Shown here: piece after piece, positions 54,703 to 63,815 of the stretch
How positions within the stretch are numbered: position 1 is the stretch's first letter
Layout: each line of letters starts with the position of its first letter
Assembly: GCA_045651165.1 (NCBI GenBank)
Contig: JAZRRX010000039.1
Location: 251,866-315,865 of the forward strand
Length of the DNA: 64,000 bases
Source of the DNA: Eubacteriales bacterium
GTDB lineage: Bacteria; Bacillota; Clostridia; Oscillospirales; CAG-272
Reading direction: 5' to 3'
Notes under the pieces: model-generated
The model's database searches: none
What the model saw: only the letters and a program-made list of their open reading frames with translations
Told to the model about the DNA's origin: nothing
Position numbers and translations under genes: made by a program

Positions 54703-55518
54703 TTATAAATCCAAAAAATCTTTTCTATACTTAACCTTAAAGAACTCTGCAAGAGTAACCATTTCTTCGTCTTTGATGGTGTTTACACGAGGAAGATGGG
54801 CTGTGAGCATATAAATCTGCGCTGCCTTTTCAACGGTTTCAATAAGACCAAAGGTTTCGTCCATTGTCTTACCTGCACCGTATATGCCGTGCATACCCCA
54901 AACTACGAGGCGAAATTCCTTCATCTTTTCTGCTGTTGCTTCACCGATTTCGTTAGTTCCGCAAAGCATCCAAGGAAGAACACCAACACCATCGGGAAAG
55001 ACAACTATACATTCGGTGCACATTTCCCAAAGAGTGTGTGTAAATTTCTTTTCGTCAAGCTCGTGAACGTAGTTCATAGCAAGTGTATGTGTGGGGTGAG
55101 AGTGCATTACAACGCGGTTTTCAGGATCAACGGAAAGTCGTGCGATATGGCTCATAAGGTGCGCAGGAAGCTCACTTGTGAATCTGCCACCGTCAGCATA
55201 ACCCCAAAGAAGCTCGGCGTTTTTACCGTCATCTGCAATCTTAATAATACCGAGATTTGTTTCGGGATCGTCATAAACATTCTTAAAATATTTACCTGTT
55301 CCTGTAACGATAAAAATCTTACCAATAAGAGCAGTTGCATCAAATCCAAGTGGGATTGTGCGAAGCGCATTATTCAAATTCAAATATTTAGCAACTTCGT
55401 TTTTATCAAGCATATAACTTATATTACCACCATTGCGCTCGTCCCAACCAAGTCGGTACATATTGGCGCAGGTGTTTCTCATTTCCATTACAAATGGCGC
55501 ATTAAGTATATTTTTCAT
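54703..55518 (-). CDS. rhaD: Rhamnulose-1-phosphate aldolase
   Basis: Collinear with E. coli RhaD: GWDERNGGN, IVTGTGKYFKN, TSELPAH, ECIVVFPDGVGVLPWM, DETFGLIE. Confidence 0.93.
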   Translation of the reverse strand: MKNILNAPFVMEMRNTCANMYRLGWDERNGGNISYMLDKNEVAKYLNLNNALRTIPLGFDATALIGKIFIVTGTGKYFKNVYDDPETNLGIIKIADDGKNAELLWGYADGGRFTSELPAHLMSHIARLSVDPENRVVMHSHPTHTLAMNYVHELDEKKFTHTLWEMCTECIVVFPDGVGVLPWMLCGTNEIGEATAEKMKEFRLVVWGMHGIYGAGKTMDETFGLIETVEKAAQIYMLTAHLPRVNTIKDEEMVTLAEFFKVKYRKDFLDL

Positions 55519-56762
55519 CTCTTTGACAAGACCTCTCTTTCGTATTCTTTAACTGTCGCAAACCATTCGCCGTCTACGGGAGCACCGCATACACGACAAT
55601 ATTCCGCCCAAATCTCACCGAATGGCATAGTTTTAAGCTCTTCCTGAACTACCATGAGCTCTGTCCAGTTATCAGCATTCTGCATTTCAGTAAGGTCGGG
55701 AGTAAGCAATGCCATAAGCAATGCCTTTTGAACATTTCTAAAACCAACTGTCCAAGCGGAAATGCGATTTATGGATGCATCAAAATAGTCAAGAGCAATC
55801 TTAACAGATCCTTCAAGACCACCGCAACGAACTATCTCCTTGCATATTTCTCTTGTCTCGTCATCAAGAAGCACAACGTGGTCGGAGTCCCAACGAATAG
55901 GTCTTGTCACGTGAAGTGCAATCTCAGGGAAGAACGCAAGAAGTGCGGGAATCTTATCGGAAACAACCTCTGTGGGATGGTAATGTCCGTTATCCATAAG
56001 GGGAATGCATCTTTCCTTATTCATTGCCGCATAAGTAAGCGCAAACTCGGCAGAGCCAACGGTATATGCCTCAACACCAATGCCAAATACCTTTGATTCA
56101 ACGCAAGGCTTTACGGAATTAAAGTCAAATGGCTCTGAAAGTATCTCGTCGATTGATTCCTTATATCTTTGGCGAGGACCCATTCTATCAGCAGGAATAT
56201 CCTTAAAACCGTCACCCGTCCAAATATTCATGATACAGGGTTGTCCAAGCTCTTTTGCAAGATAGTTTGAAATTCTTATACACGCCTTACCGTGTTCTAT
56301 CCAGAACTTACGAATTTCGGGATCGGGAGAGGAAAGCGTCAAGCCGTTTGCCTTGGGGTGAGAGAAGAAAGTAGGATTAAAGTCACATCCAAGTCCTCTT
56401 TTCTTGCAAAATTCAACCCATTTCGCAAAGTGCTTGGGCTCAAGCGCATCGCGGTCAGCCCAATCTCCGTTTTCAAAAATAGCATAGCTTGCGTGAAGAT
56501 TCATCTTCTTTGTTCCGGGGCAAAGTTTAAGAACAACGTCAAGGTCTGCCATAAGCTCCTCAGGTGTTCTTGCACGTCCGGGATAGTTACCCGTCGTCTG
56601 TATTCCACCCGTGAGTGGCTTTGAAGGATCGGTATCAAATCCTCGAACGTCGTCCCCCTGCCAACAATGCAAAGCAACAGGAACTTCTTTAAGCTTTGCT
56701 ATCGCAGCATCAGTATCTATACCAAGAGCTGCATATCTTTTCTTTGCTTCAACATAGCTCAT
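55515..56762 (-). CDS. rhaA: L-rhamnose isomerase
   Basis: 415 aa. HCWQGDDVRGF and the rest of the sequence fit RhaA. 4-nt overlap with rhaD. Confidence 0.92.
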   Translation of the reverse strand: MSYVEAKKRYAALGIDTDAAIAKLKEVPVALHCWQGDDVRGFDTDPSKPLTGGIQTTGNYPGRARTPEELMADLDVVLKLCPGTKKMNLHASYAIFENGDWADRDALEPKHFAKWVEFCKKRGLGCDFNPTFFSHPKANGLTLSSPDPEIRKFWIEHGKACIRISNYLAKELGQPCIMNIWTGDGFKDIPADRMGPRQRYKESIDEILSEPFDFNSVKPCVESKVFGIGVEAYTVGSAEFALTYAAMNKERCIPLMDNGHYHPTEVVSDKIPALLAFFPEIALHVTRPIRWDSDHVVLLDDETREICKEIVRCGGLEGSVKIALDYFDASINRISAWTVGFRNVQKALLMALLTPDLTEMQNADNWTELMVVQEELKTMPFGEIWAEYCRVCGAPVDGEWFATVKEYEREVLSKR

Positions 56763-56763
56763 A

Positions 56764-58077
56764 TTAACATACCTCCATTTGAATCTTAAGATTTCCTAAA
56801 GCGGTGGCTTCTATAGGCAAAGCAATCACTTGCTTTCCTGTTGCTTCTTCAGTTAAGCAATTAAGAAATTTATTCTTTGCTCCACCGCCCACTATGTATA
56901 ATTTTTCGTATTTTCTTCCTGTATTTGCTTCAAGCTCGTCTATGGCTTGTTTATAGCTCAATGCCAAGCTTTTGTATGCGCAACGGAAATAGTCTCCAAT
57001 CGTATTTAGTCCACCCGTTGCGTTATCAAATGCATTCTTCATACTCTCTGGAGCTAAGAACTCCTGCGCATTTGCATCTACAGTTGCTTCGCATGTGCTT
57101 TCTTGCGCCATTTTAACAATATCGGGAAAAGGCGTATCCGGACAAAGCTCTCTTTGCAATTCATTCACAAGCCACATACCCATAATATTCTTTTGATAGC
57201 GGTTATATCCAACACCGCCCTCATTTGAGTAGTTGGCTTTTTGACTTCCCTCGTCAGTTATTGGTTGGGGTGTTTTAACTCCCAAAAGCGACCAAGTACC
57301 CGAGGAAATGTATGGGCTATTCTCTTCCATTGGAATTCCCTCAACCGCAGAGCCTGTATCGTGAGTTGCACAAAGCACAACCTTTGTGTTACCGCCAACC
57401 TTTTCGGCAATTTCGGGGAGCAAATCTCCAAGAATTGTTTTCGATTGTGAAAGCTTTGGGAAAAGGCGCTCGGGATATCCAAGACGTCTTACGATATCCA
57501 TATCAAATTCACCATTTACCATACCCATTGTGGTAGCATTGGTATATTCCCTTGCCTTTACACCGCAAAGCTTGTACATAAGATATTCGGGTATCATAAG
57601 CATATCGGTTGCCATGTCAAGTCTTCCGTTCAACTTATCATCATAAAGTTGATAGATAGTATTAAACGGTTGAAACTGACAACCCACCTTTGAATAAAGC
57701 TCTGAAAAAGGTATAATCTCGTGAACATTTGGTATTACTGCCTCTGTTCTGCTATCGCGATAAGCGTAAACGGGATAAATTTCTTTATCTCCGTCAAGCA
57801 AAACATAGTCAACACCCCAAGTGTCAATCGAAAGGCTTTCAATTTCAGGATAAAGTCTGAATGCTTCTCGAAGCCCTGCCAAAACACTATTACAAAGGCA
57901 CTCGATATCCCATATAAGATGTCCATTCTCTTTCGTTACTCCGTTGGGGAAACGATACACCTCTTTTGTATTAATCTCGTCGCCCTCGCGCCAGCCAATA
58001 ATATGTCTGCCCGAGGATGCGCCGATATCTATTGCTAAATAATATTTCAATGACTTACTCCTTTCACAAATATTCAT
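56764..58077 (-). CDS. rhaB: Rhamnulokinase (FGGY family)
   Basis: YLAIDIGASSGRH and FGGY motifs. The more likely start is TTG 58050, 8 nt after GAAAGGAG. The ATG at 58077 has no RBS. Confidence 0.9.
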   Translation of the reverse strand: MNICERSKSLKYYLAIDIGASSGRHIIGWREGDEINTKEVYRFPNGVTKENGHLIWDIECLCNSVLAGLREAFRLYPEIESLSIDTWGVDYVLLDGDKEIYPVYAYRDSRTEAVIPNVHEIIPFSELYSKVGCQFQPFNTIYQLYDDKLNGRLDMATDMLMIPEYLMYKLCGVKAREYTNATTMGMVNGEFDMDIVRRLGYPERLFPKLSQSKTILGDLLPEIAEKVGGNTKVVLCATHDTGSAVEGIPMEENSPYISSGTWSLLGVKTPQPITDEGSQKANYSNEGGVGYNRYQKNIMGMWLVNELQRELCPDTPFPDIVKMAQESTCEATVDANAQEFLAPESMKNAFDNATGGLNTIGDYFRCAYKSLALSYKQAIDELEANTGRKYEKLYIVGGGAKNKFLNCLTEEATGKQVIALPIEATALGNLKIQMEVC

Positions 58078-58146
58078 GTTAATAATATCATATCTTTAAA
58101 CAAAAATAAAGAACACGATTTGCGTAAAAAAGTGTCCTTATTTGTA

Positions 58147-58175
58147 TTGATTTTTTGTTGTGCTTGTGCTACAAT
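58147..58175 (+). promoter_or_regulatory. Sigma-A promoter of the AraC-family regulator
   Basis: TTGATT (58147-58152), 17-nt spacer, TGC-TACAAT (58170-58175). Confidence 0.5.
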
Positions 58176-58191
58176 AACTTGAGGTGATTTT

Positions 58192-59142
58192 ATGATTAAA
58201 CAAGAAATATTGGATAAATTATTGCCAACAACTGACGAAGAAAGTGAAATTTTGCACGGACATAGCGTAGATAAGAGCATTTATACAACCACGGGCGGTA
58301 GTGTAATCCGTTCAAAAAAGCTCCTCGTTGACGGAAAGCTGATACGTGTCAGAAAGCACACGCGATTTATCCACTTTCCCAAGCACACTCACGACTATAT
58401 TGAAGCGGTATATATGTGTGCAGGTGAAACAACGCATATTATCAATGGAAAAGAAATCAAATTAAAAGAGGGAGAACTTCTTTTACTCGGACAAAATGCC
58501 ACGCAAGAGATTTTGCCCGCAAACGAGAACGATATCGCAGTAAATTTCATCATTCAGCCCGCATTCTTCGATAAAACTCTCGAAATGCTCGGTGCTGAAG
58601 AAACACCCATCAAAAACTTCCTCATCAGTTCTCTTTTTGATAGTGAATATCAAGGATATCTGCACTTCAAGGTTGCAAATGTTCTTCCCATCCAAAATTT
58701 GATTGAAAACCTCATTTGGACGCTTATAAACAACACCTCAAACAAGAGAAATATCAACCAAACAACAATGGGACTTCTATTTATGCAACTTCTCAACCAC
58801 ACAGACAAGCTCTCACACGAGAGCCACAAGGAAAAGGCAATTGTAGACATTTTACGCTATATCGAGGAAAATTACAAGGACGGTTCACTCATCGACGCGG
58901 CAAATCTTTTGCATTACGATTTCTTTTGGCTCAGCCACGAAATAAAGAACCGCACAGGCAAAACATATACAGAGCATCTGCAGGAAAAACGCCTATCACA
59001 AGCGGCTTTTTTGCTTAAAAACACAACACTCTCGGTCGAGGAAATAGCTATAGCCGTCGGCTATGAAAACAAAAGCTACTTCCACCGTATCTTCACAGAA
59101 AAATTCGAAACAACTCCTAAAAAATATAGAAATGACAGGTAA
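58192..59142 (+). CDS. AraC-family regulator (cupin sensor plus 2xHTH), probable rhamnose regulator
   Basis: The N-terminal cupin-like domain contains FPKHTHDYIEAVYM. The C-terminal AraC HTH contains VEEIAIAVGYENKSYFHRIFTEKFETTPKKYR. The gene is divergent from rhaB. Confidence 0.85.
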   Translation: MIKQEILDKLLPTTDEESEILHGHSVDKSIYTTTGGSVIRSKKLLVDGKLIRVRKHTRFIHFPKHTHDYIEAVYMCAGETTHIINGKEIKLKEGELLLLGQNATQEILPANENDIAVNFIIQPAFFDKTLEMLGAEETPIKNFLISSLFDSEYQGYLHFKVANVLPIQNLIENLIWTLINNTSNKRNINQTTMGLLFMQLLNHTDKLSHESHKEKAIVDILRYIEENYKDGSLIDAANLLHYDFFWLSHEIKNRTGKTYTEHLQEKRLSQAAFLLKNTTLSVEEIAIAVGYENKSYFHRIFTEKFETTPKKYRNDR

Positions 59143-59160
59143 AGCACCTGTCATTTCTTT

Positions 59161-59349
59161 TTATGTATTACCTTTTTCGAGTTCAATTCGTTTAGCAAAG
59201 CTAAACATACCTACGCAAAACCTGTCGAATACTGTCAATGTTATCAGTAACGGGTCACCCTCACGGATTCGCATCGTGTGGCGGATTTCTTTTGGGATAA
59301 CTACACGCACTAAATCGTCCATTCTTCTCACAATTACCTTTGCTTTCAT
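59161..59349 (-). CDS. AbrB-fold mini-protein (62 aa), second SpoVT N-domain paralogue or fragment
   Basis: MKAKVIVRRMDDLVRVVIPKEIRHTMRIREGDPLLITL... It has the same weakened SD and upstream region as the copy at 52888-53067. Confidence 0.5.
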   Translation of the reverse strand: MKAKVIVRRMDDLVRVVIPKEIRHTMRIREGDPLLITLTVFDRFCVGMFSFAKRIELEKGNT

Positions 59350-59435
59350 ATATAAAATCTCATTTTATTAATCACCATTTTGCAAACTTTTGTTGCTACT
59401 TTGGTTTCTATTTTATTTATAATTCATTCTTATTT
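59233..59435. repeat. Direct repeat copy B (203 bp)
   Basis: Partner of 52951-53153, about 93% identical by hand alignment. Confidence 0.85.
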
Positions 59436-59543
59436 ATCATACACTCTGTCCGCCATATTAGATTGTCCAACAATCAAAAACGAGTGTGTCACAAAATATC
59501 ATCCTATATCTTTAAATTTGGGTTATTGAAATTACTTATAAAA

Positions 59544-60143
59544 TCAATCATCAAATTGGATTAAAATATTTTTTTCATCTTCAGTAAGTTCAGTAGTAAT
59601 TTCGCGTAGAATTTTACAAGGATTCCCCACCGCTACAACGTTGGCAGGAATATCTTTTGTAACGACACTACCTGCACCTATAACTGAGTTATCTCCAATT
59701 GTAACACCGGGCATAATCAATGCGCCTGCGCCAATCCAACAGTTATTTCCAATATGAACGGGCTTGTTATACTGAAGTCCCTTTTCTCGAAGTTGAGGAG
59801 CTATTGGATGAGCTGCAGTTGCAACAACCACATTAGGTCCAAACATAACATGATTACCCACATAAATGTGAGTATCATCTACAAATGTGCAACCAAAATT
59901 GCAATAAACACCATTGCCAAAATGAATATGTTTACCTCCAAAATTTGTGCGTAGTGGTGGCTCAATATAGCACATATCCCCAATTTCTGCAAACATCTTT
60001 TTAAGAAGTCGCACTCTCTTGGGGTACTGATGTGGCTTTGTTTTATTAAATTCATAAAGTCTATTAAGACACTTCATTTGCTCAAGCATCACCTTTGGAT
60101 CGCTTGGATTATATATTTCTCCTGAATGCATTTTTTCGAACAT
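59544..60143 (-). CDS. maa: Maltose/galactoside O-acetyltransferase (hexapeptide-repeat)
   Basis: Mac N-terminal domain (MHSGEIYNPSDP) and left-handed beta-helix repeats (IGNNCWIGAGALIMPGVTIGDNSVIGAGSVV). Confidence 0.88.
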   Translation of the reverse strand: MFEKMHSGEIYNPSDPKVMLEQMKCLNRLYEFNKTKPHQYPKRVRLLKKMFAEIGDMCYIEPPLRTNFGGKHIHFGNGVYCNFGCTFVDDTHIYVGNHVMFGPNVVVATAAHPIAPQLREKGLQYNKPVHIGNNCWIGAGALIMPGVTIGDNSVIGAGSVVTKDIPANVVAVGNPCKILREITTELTEDEKNILIQFDD

Positions 60144-60278
60144 ACATGGCCTCCTATCACAATCTCCCTACAAAGAACGAAGATAATTATATATTCTTTT
60201 TCACAAATTGCTCTTATATTTTTAATTTGATTATATCACCTTTATCGACAGAATGCAATAAGTTTATATAATATCAAT

Positions 60279-60307
60279 AAAAAGAGCAGGTGCTGTGGCA
60301 CCTGCTC
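60279..60307 (-). terminator. Intrinsic terminator after the secreted Cys-module protein gene
   Basis: GAGCAGGTGC tgtg GCACCTGCTC with a U-run on the minus-strand transcript. Confidence 0.75.
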
Positions 60308-60326
60308 TAAATATATTAAGAGTTAA

Positions 60327-62024
60327 TTATTTCTTAAAAATAGCAAGGATTTTCTGAATAAGTTCCATAAACCAAGCAATAATCTTCTGGAAGAAGTTGA
60401 GCTCGGGTTCTGCCTTAGGCTCATCCTTAGGCTCATCCTTAGGCTCTTCTGCAGGAGGCTGATAGTTGGGGTCAGCTGCTTCACAAGCGGAGCACTTACC
60501 GTCAACGTATGTATGTTCAAGAGCTTCTCCTTCAGTAGCTTCACACTTTGAGCATGTCTTGGGAGCTTCACAAGTTGCATCAGCCCATTCGTGATCACAA
60601 GCAACTACAACCTGAATTCTGTGGATATAAGATCCGCCTTCGCCAACACCCTCAGGAATATAGTTACCGATAAGGTATGCGCCTGCAGGAAGTGTAAATT
60701 GAGATAATACAAGCGTATCTTTTGAGCCTGCCTCAGCATTGATAGAAGTGATTGCTCCTTCTATGGGGTTGCCATCCATATCATAAATAGCCAATTCTCT
60801 GCCCGCATTACTGGGAGCCCAAACAATAGTAATTGTTGTTGTACCTGTAGTTACGATTTGAACGAAATTCTTAATTGTACCGTTTTCCAAAATTTCGGAA
60901 GCACTTTGAAGATTCATTCTATATTCGGGTTTCCATCCATCCCAAGGATGATCAAGCACTTCAAGCACTCTAGAATTCGAGTCTGTCTTATACTTATAGC
61001 TAAGATGACAAGCGAATACGCCGTCAACCACCTTAACGTAACCGTCGGAAAGAGTCTTTGTTGCAATATCTGCAAGGTCAGAAGCATCCATCTCGTAAGT
61101 ACCGGGAGTCATAGCCTTAATCTCGCCGCTTTCAAATGTTGCACCACATCCTTCAACGGAGCAAACACCTTTTACGCTACCGGGTGTTGTAGCAGTAGTA
61201 GGTACAACAGTGAATGTATATGTATGACCCTTAGCGGAAATTGTTTCTTTTCCAACTTCGCTGGGACATCTTGAGCATTTTGTGTGTGCTGTAGCACCGT
61301 CAACCATACATGTAGCGGGAACTTCAGCTACGTCCTGATAATCATGACCGAGCTTTTCACCCTGTGTTTTGCCGCATTTAGAACATTTCTCGGGACTTTC
61401 ACATGTAGCGTGCTCATATTCATGTTCACAAGTATCGGAATCAGCAAGCTGTACTGTCCAAGATACTTCGATTTTGTAGATGTAGTTATTATTAACAGGA
61501 CATGCGATGTAGTAAGAACCGGCAGCTGGGATATTAAGTGTATCAATGCCAATTGTACCATTAGCCACTTCTTTTTCAGTAGTATCTATTTCATTCTTGT
61601 CAGCATCCCAAATAGCAATATATCTATTTCCATCGCCGCCGCAAACCCACCAAATTTTAACTGTAGCTGCATATTCGGTTGTGATAGAAATTACCTGTTT
61701 ACTCGTTGTTGATGCGCCACCAAAGTTAAGTCGTTGACCAGATTTATAATAGTTTTCTTCACCTTCTGTACCCCAAGTCTTGCTACTTGAGTCAACTTTT
61801 GTTTTAGCACTCATATAGAGAATAAAGAAGTTATCGGTACCAGCCTTTACTTCTTCACCATCAGAATAAGAACCCTGAGCCTTAGCTTCAAGATCTTTAG
61901 ATTCAAAAACCTTAGTAACTGTTTCGGTTTTAGGTTCTTCAGCACTAACTGAGATTACGCTCAAGCTCATCAAAACTGTCATAACGATGAGAACAAGAGC
62001 TAAAATTTTACTTGTGTTTTTCAT
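60327..62024 (-). CDS. Secreted protein with two beta-sandwich domains, two Cys/His modules and a C-terminal amphipathic tail
   Basis: Signal peptide ending SVISVSA-EE. CEHEYEHATCESPEKCSKCGKTQGEKLGH and CDHEWADATCEAPKTCSKCEATEGEALEH. EPKDEPKDEPKAEP linker, then LNFFQKIIAWFMELIQKILAIFKK. Confidence 0.75.
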   Translation of the reverse strand: MKNTSKILALVLIVMTVLMSLSVISVSAEEPKTETVTKVFESKDLEAKAQGSYSDGEEVKAGTDNFFILYMSAKTKVDSSSKTWGTEGEENYYKSGQRLNFGGASTTSKQVISITTEYAATVKIWWVCGGDGNRYIAIWDADKNEIDTTEKEVANGTIGIDTLNIPAAGSYYIACPVNNNYIYKIEVSWTVQLADSDTCEHEYEHATCESPEKCSKCGKTQGEKLGHDYQDVAEVPATCMVDGATAHTKCSRCPSEVGKETISAKGHTYTFTVVPTTATTPGSVKGVCSVEGCGATFESGEIKAMTPGTYEMDASDLADIATKTLSDGYVKVVDGVFACHLSYKYKTDSNSRVLEVLDHPWDGWKPEYRMNLQSASEILENGTIKNFVQIVTTGTTTITIVWAPSNAGRELAIYDMDGNPIEGAITSINAEAGSKDTLVLSQFTLPAGAYLIGNYIPEGVGEGGSYIHRIQVVVACDHEWADATCEAPKTCSKCEATEGEALEHTYVDGKCSACEAADPNYQPPAEEPKDEPKDEPKAEPELNFFQKIIAWFMELIQKILAIFKK

Positions 62025-62111
62025 AAAATTTCCTTTCGATTTATAAGCCTCTCGGCATTAATTATAAAATTAACGTAAAAAGCACGAACTTTTCAGGTTA
62101 ATCTTGTGTTC

Positions 62112-62140
62112 ATTATAAATGATATTTTTATTAATGTCAA
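62112..62140 (-). promoter_or_regulatory. Sigma-A promoter of the secreted Cys-module protein gene
   Basis: Minus strand reads TTGACA (62135-62140), 17-nt spacer, TATAAT (62112-62117). Confidence 0.6.
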
Positions 62141-62254
62141 TATTTTTTAGTTATATTTACCATTATTCTCCTATTTGCACAATTTATTTTATATTTTTTG
62201 TACAAATAGCAAACAAAAAATAGATTTGTTCATAAAAAATTGATATTATAGAAT

Positions 62255-62286
62255 AAAAAATAGACCTTGTAGAAGCTACAAGGTCT
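62255..62286 (-). terminator. Intrinsic terminator after mgtE
   Basis: AGACCTTGTAG/CTACAAGGTCT stem (62262-62286) with a U-run on the minus-strand transcript. Confidence 0.75.
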
Positions 62287-62299
62287 TTGATAATTAATT

Positions 62300-63667
62300 T
62301 TATAACAATATCGCACTCGCAATTGCAAAATAAATCAAAAGTGATACCGCATCAACAATGGTTGTAATAAAGGGACTTGCCATAACAGCAGGGTCAAGAC
62401 CAATCTTTTTAGCTGCAACGGGAAGCGCACATCCAACTATCTTTGCAACAATAACTGTTGCTATAAGCGTAAGTGATACAACAAGATTTGCCGCCAAAGA
62501 CACGTCGTTATGGAAAAGCATATTATCAACCAGTATAATTTTAACAAAATTACATACTGAAAGAATTATACCACAGAAGAAAGCTACACGAGTTTCTTTC
62601 CATATTATGCTCCAAATATCACTGTTCTCTATCTCACCAACTGCAAGACCACGAATAATGGTTACCGAGGATTGTCCACCAGAGTTACCACCCGTACCCA
62701 TAAGCATGGGAATAAAAGCAATAAGAACAGGAATTGCAGCAAGTTTTGATTCAAAGCTTGCAATTATCTGCCCTGTAAATGTCGCAGAAAGCATCAAAAG
62801 GAGCAACCACGGTATTCTCGTCTTCCAAATTTCAAACACGCTTGCGCGCATATACGGTTTGTCAGAGGGCACGATAGCTGCCATCTTTTCGATATCCTCT
62901 GTTGCCTCTTCTTCAATAACGTCAAGCGCGTCATCGACTGTTACGATACCAACAAGACGATTTTCTTTATCGACTATGGGAAGCGCTAACATATCGTATT
63001 TTTGAATCATCGCAACGACTTCTTCTTGGTGATCAAGCGTGTTGGCACAAAGGATATCTGTTTCCATTATATCACCAATCAATGCATCGGGCTCGGCAAA
63101 TATTAAATCCTTTAAAGAAACAATGCCTTCAAGAACGCGTGATTCATTTGTTACGTAAGCAACGTAAACCGTTTCCTTATCAATACCTTTTTTTCTTATG
63201 TTAGCAATCGCCTGCGCAACTGTCATTTCTTTATGAAGATCAATAAACTCTGCCGTCATAACACTTCCTGCACTATCTTCAGGATATGACAAAAATTTAT
63301 TAATAAGATTTCTTGTTTCGGGACGAGAGAGCTTCAAAATTCGCTTAACCATAATGGCAGGGAGTTCTTCAAGAATATCAACCGCGTCATCAACAAAAAG
63401 GTCTTCAATAATCATCGCAATTTCACTATCACTCATTCTGCCAATGATACTCTCTTGCATATCAATATCCATAAATGAGAAAATGCCTGCAGCGGTGTCC
63501 TTTTTAAGCATTCTAAATGCGCTTAGCATTGCTTCATCAGGGAGCGACATTAAATATTCCGCCGCGTCTATGTCATTCAATTCATCAATTTCATGCATGA
63601 AATCGGCATATTTTTTATCCAACAATAAAGAATTTAGTCTTTCAAAAATTACTTCTCTATCTTCCAT
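62300..63667 (-). CDS. mgtE: Magnesium transporter MgtE
   Basis: MgtE N-domain, tandem CBS domains, and a TM domain with GTGGNSGGQS. ATG 63667 is 8 nt after GGGAGG. Confidence 0.92.
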   Translation of the reverse strand: MEDREVIFERLNSLLLDKKYADFMHEIDELNDIDAAEYLMSLPDEAMLSAFRMLKKDTAAGIFSFMDIDMQESIIGRMSDSEIAMIIEDLFVDDAVDILEELPAIMVKRILKLSRPETRNLINKFLSYPEDSAGSVMTAEFIDLHKEMTVAQAIANIRKKGIDKETVYVAYVTNESRVLEGIVSLKDLIFAEPDALIGDIMETDILCANTLDHQEEVVAMIQKYDMLALPIVDKENRLVGIVTVDDALDVIEEEATEDIEKMAAIVPSDKPYMRASVFEIWKTRIPWLLLLMLSATFTGQIIASFESKLAAIPVLIAFIPMLMGTGGNSGGQSSVTIIRGLAVGEIENSDIWSIIWKETRVAFFCGIILSVCNFVKIILVDNMLFHNDVSLAANLVVSLTLIATVIVAKIVGCALPVAAKKIGLDPAVMASPFITTIVDAVSLLIYFAIASAILL

Positions 63668-63704
63668 TATTGCAACCTCCCTTTTCATTATTTCATCTTT
63701 TTTA

Positions 63705-63733
63705 ATTTTAAACCTTTTTGTCGCTCTTGTCAA
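63705..63733 (-). promoter_or_regulatory. Sigma-A promoter of mgtE
   Basis: Minus strand reads TTGACA (63728-63733), 17-nt spacer, TAAAAT (63705-63710). The leader is only about 30 nt. Confidence 0.55.
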
Positions 63734-63772
63734 TATTTATATTTGATTTTTAAAAAAATATTCAAAAAGTAC

Positions 63773-63801
63773 TTGATTTTTTTGCCAAGATATGATACAA
63801 T
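63773..63801 (+). promoter_or_regulatory. Sigma-A promoter of tRNA-Leu
   Basis: TTGATT (63773-63778), 17-nt spacer, TGA-TACAAT (63796-63801). Confidence 0.6.
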
Positions 63802-63815
63802 ACCATTTGTTGAAC

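Noticed and set aside
58074-58280. 68-aa minus-strand ORF spanning the rhaB/araC spacer.
   Set aside because: It overlaps the araC-type gene start and both promoters, has no RBS, and is low in complexity. It is an artefact of the AT-rich spacer.
63668-63780. M-box (Mg2+) riboswitch upstream of mgtE.
   Set aside because: A good TTGACA-17-TAAAAT promoter sits only about 40 nt upstream of the start codon. The whole spacer to the tRNA promoter is about 110 nt, which is too short for the ~160-nt M-box. No conserved M-box helices are visible.
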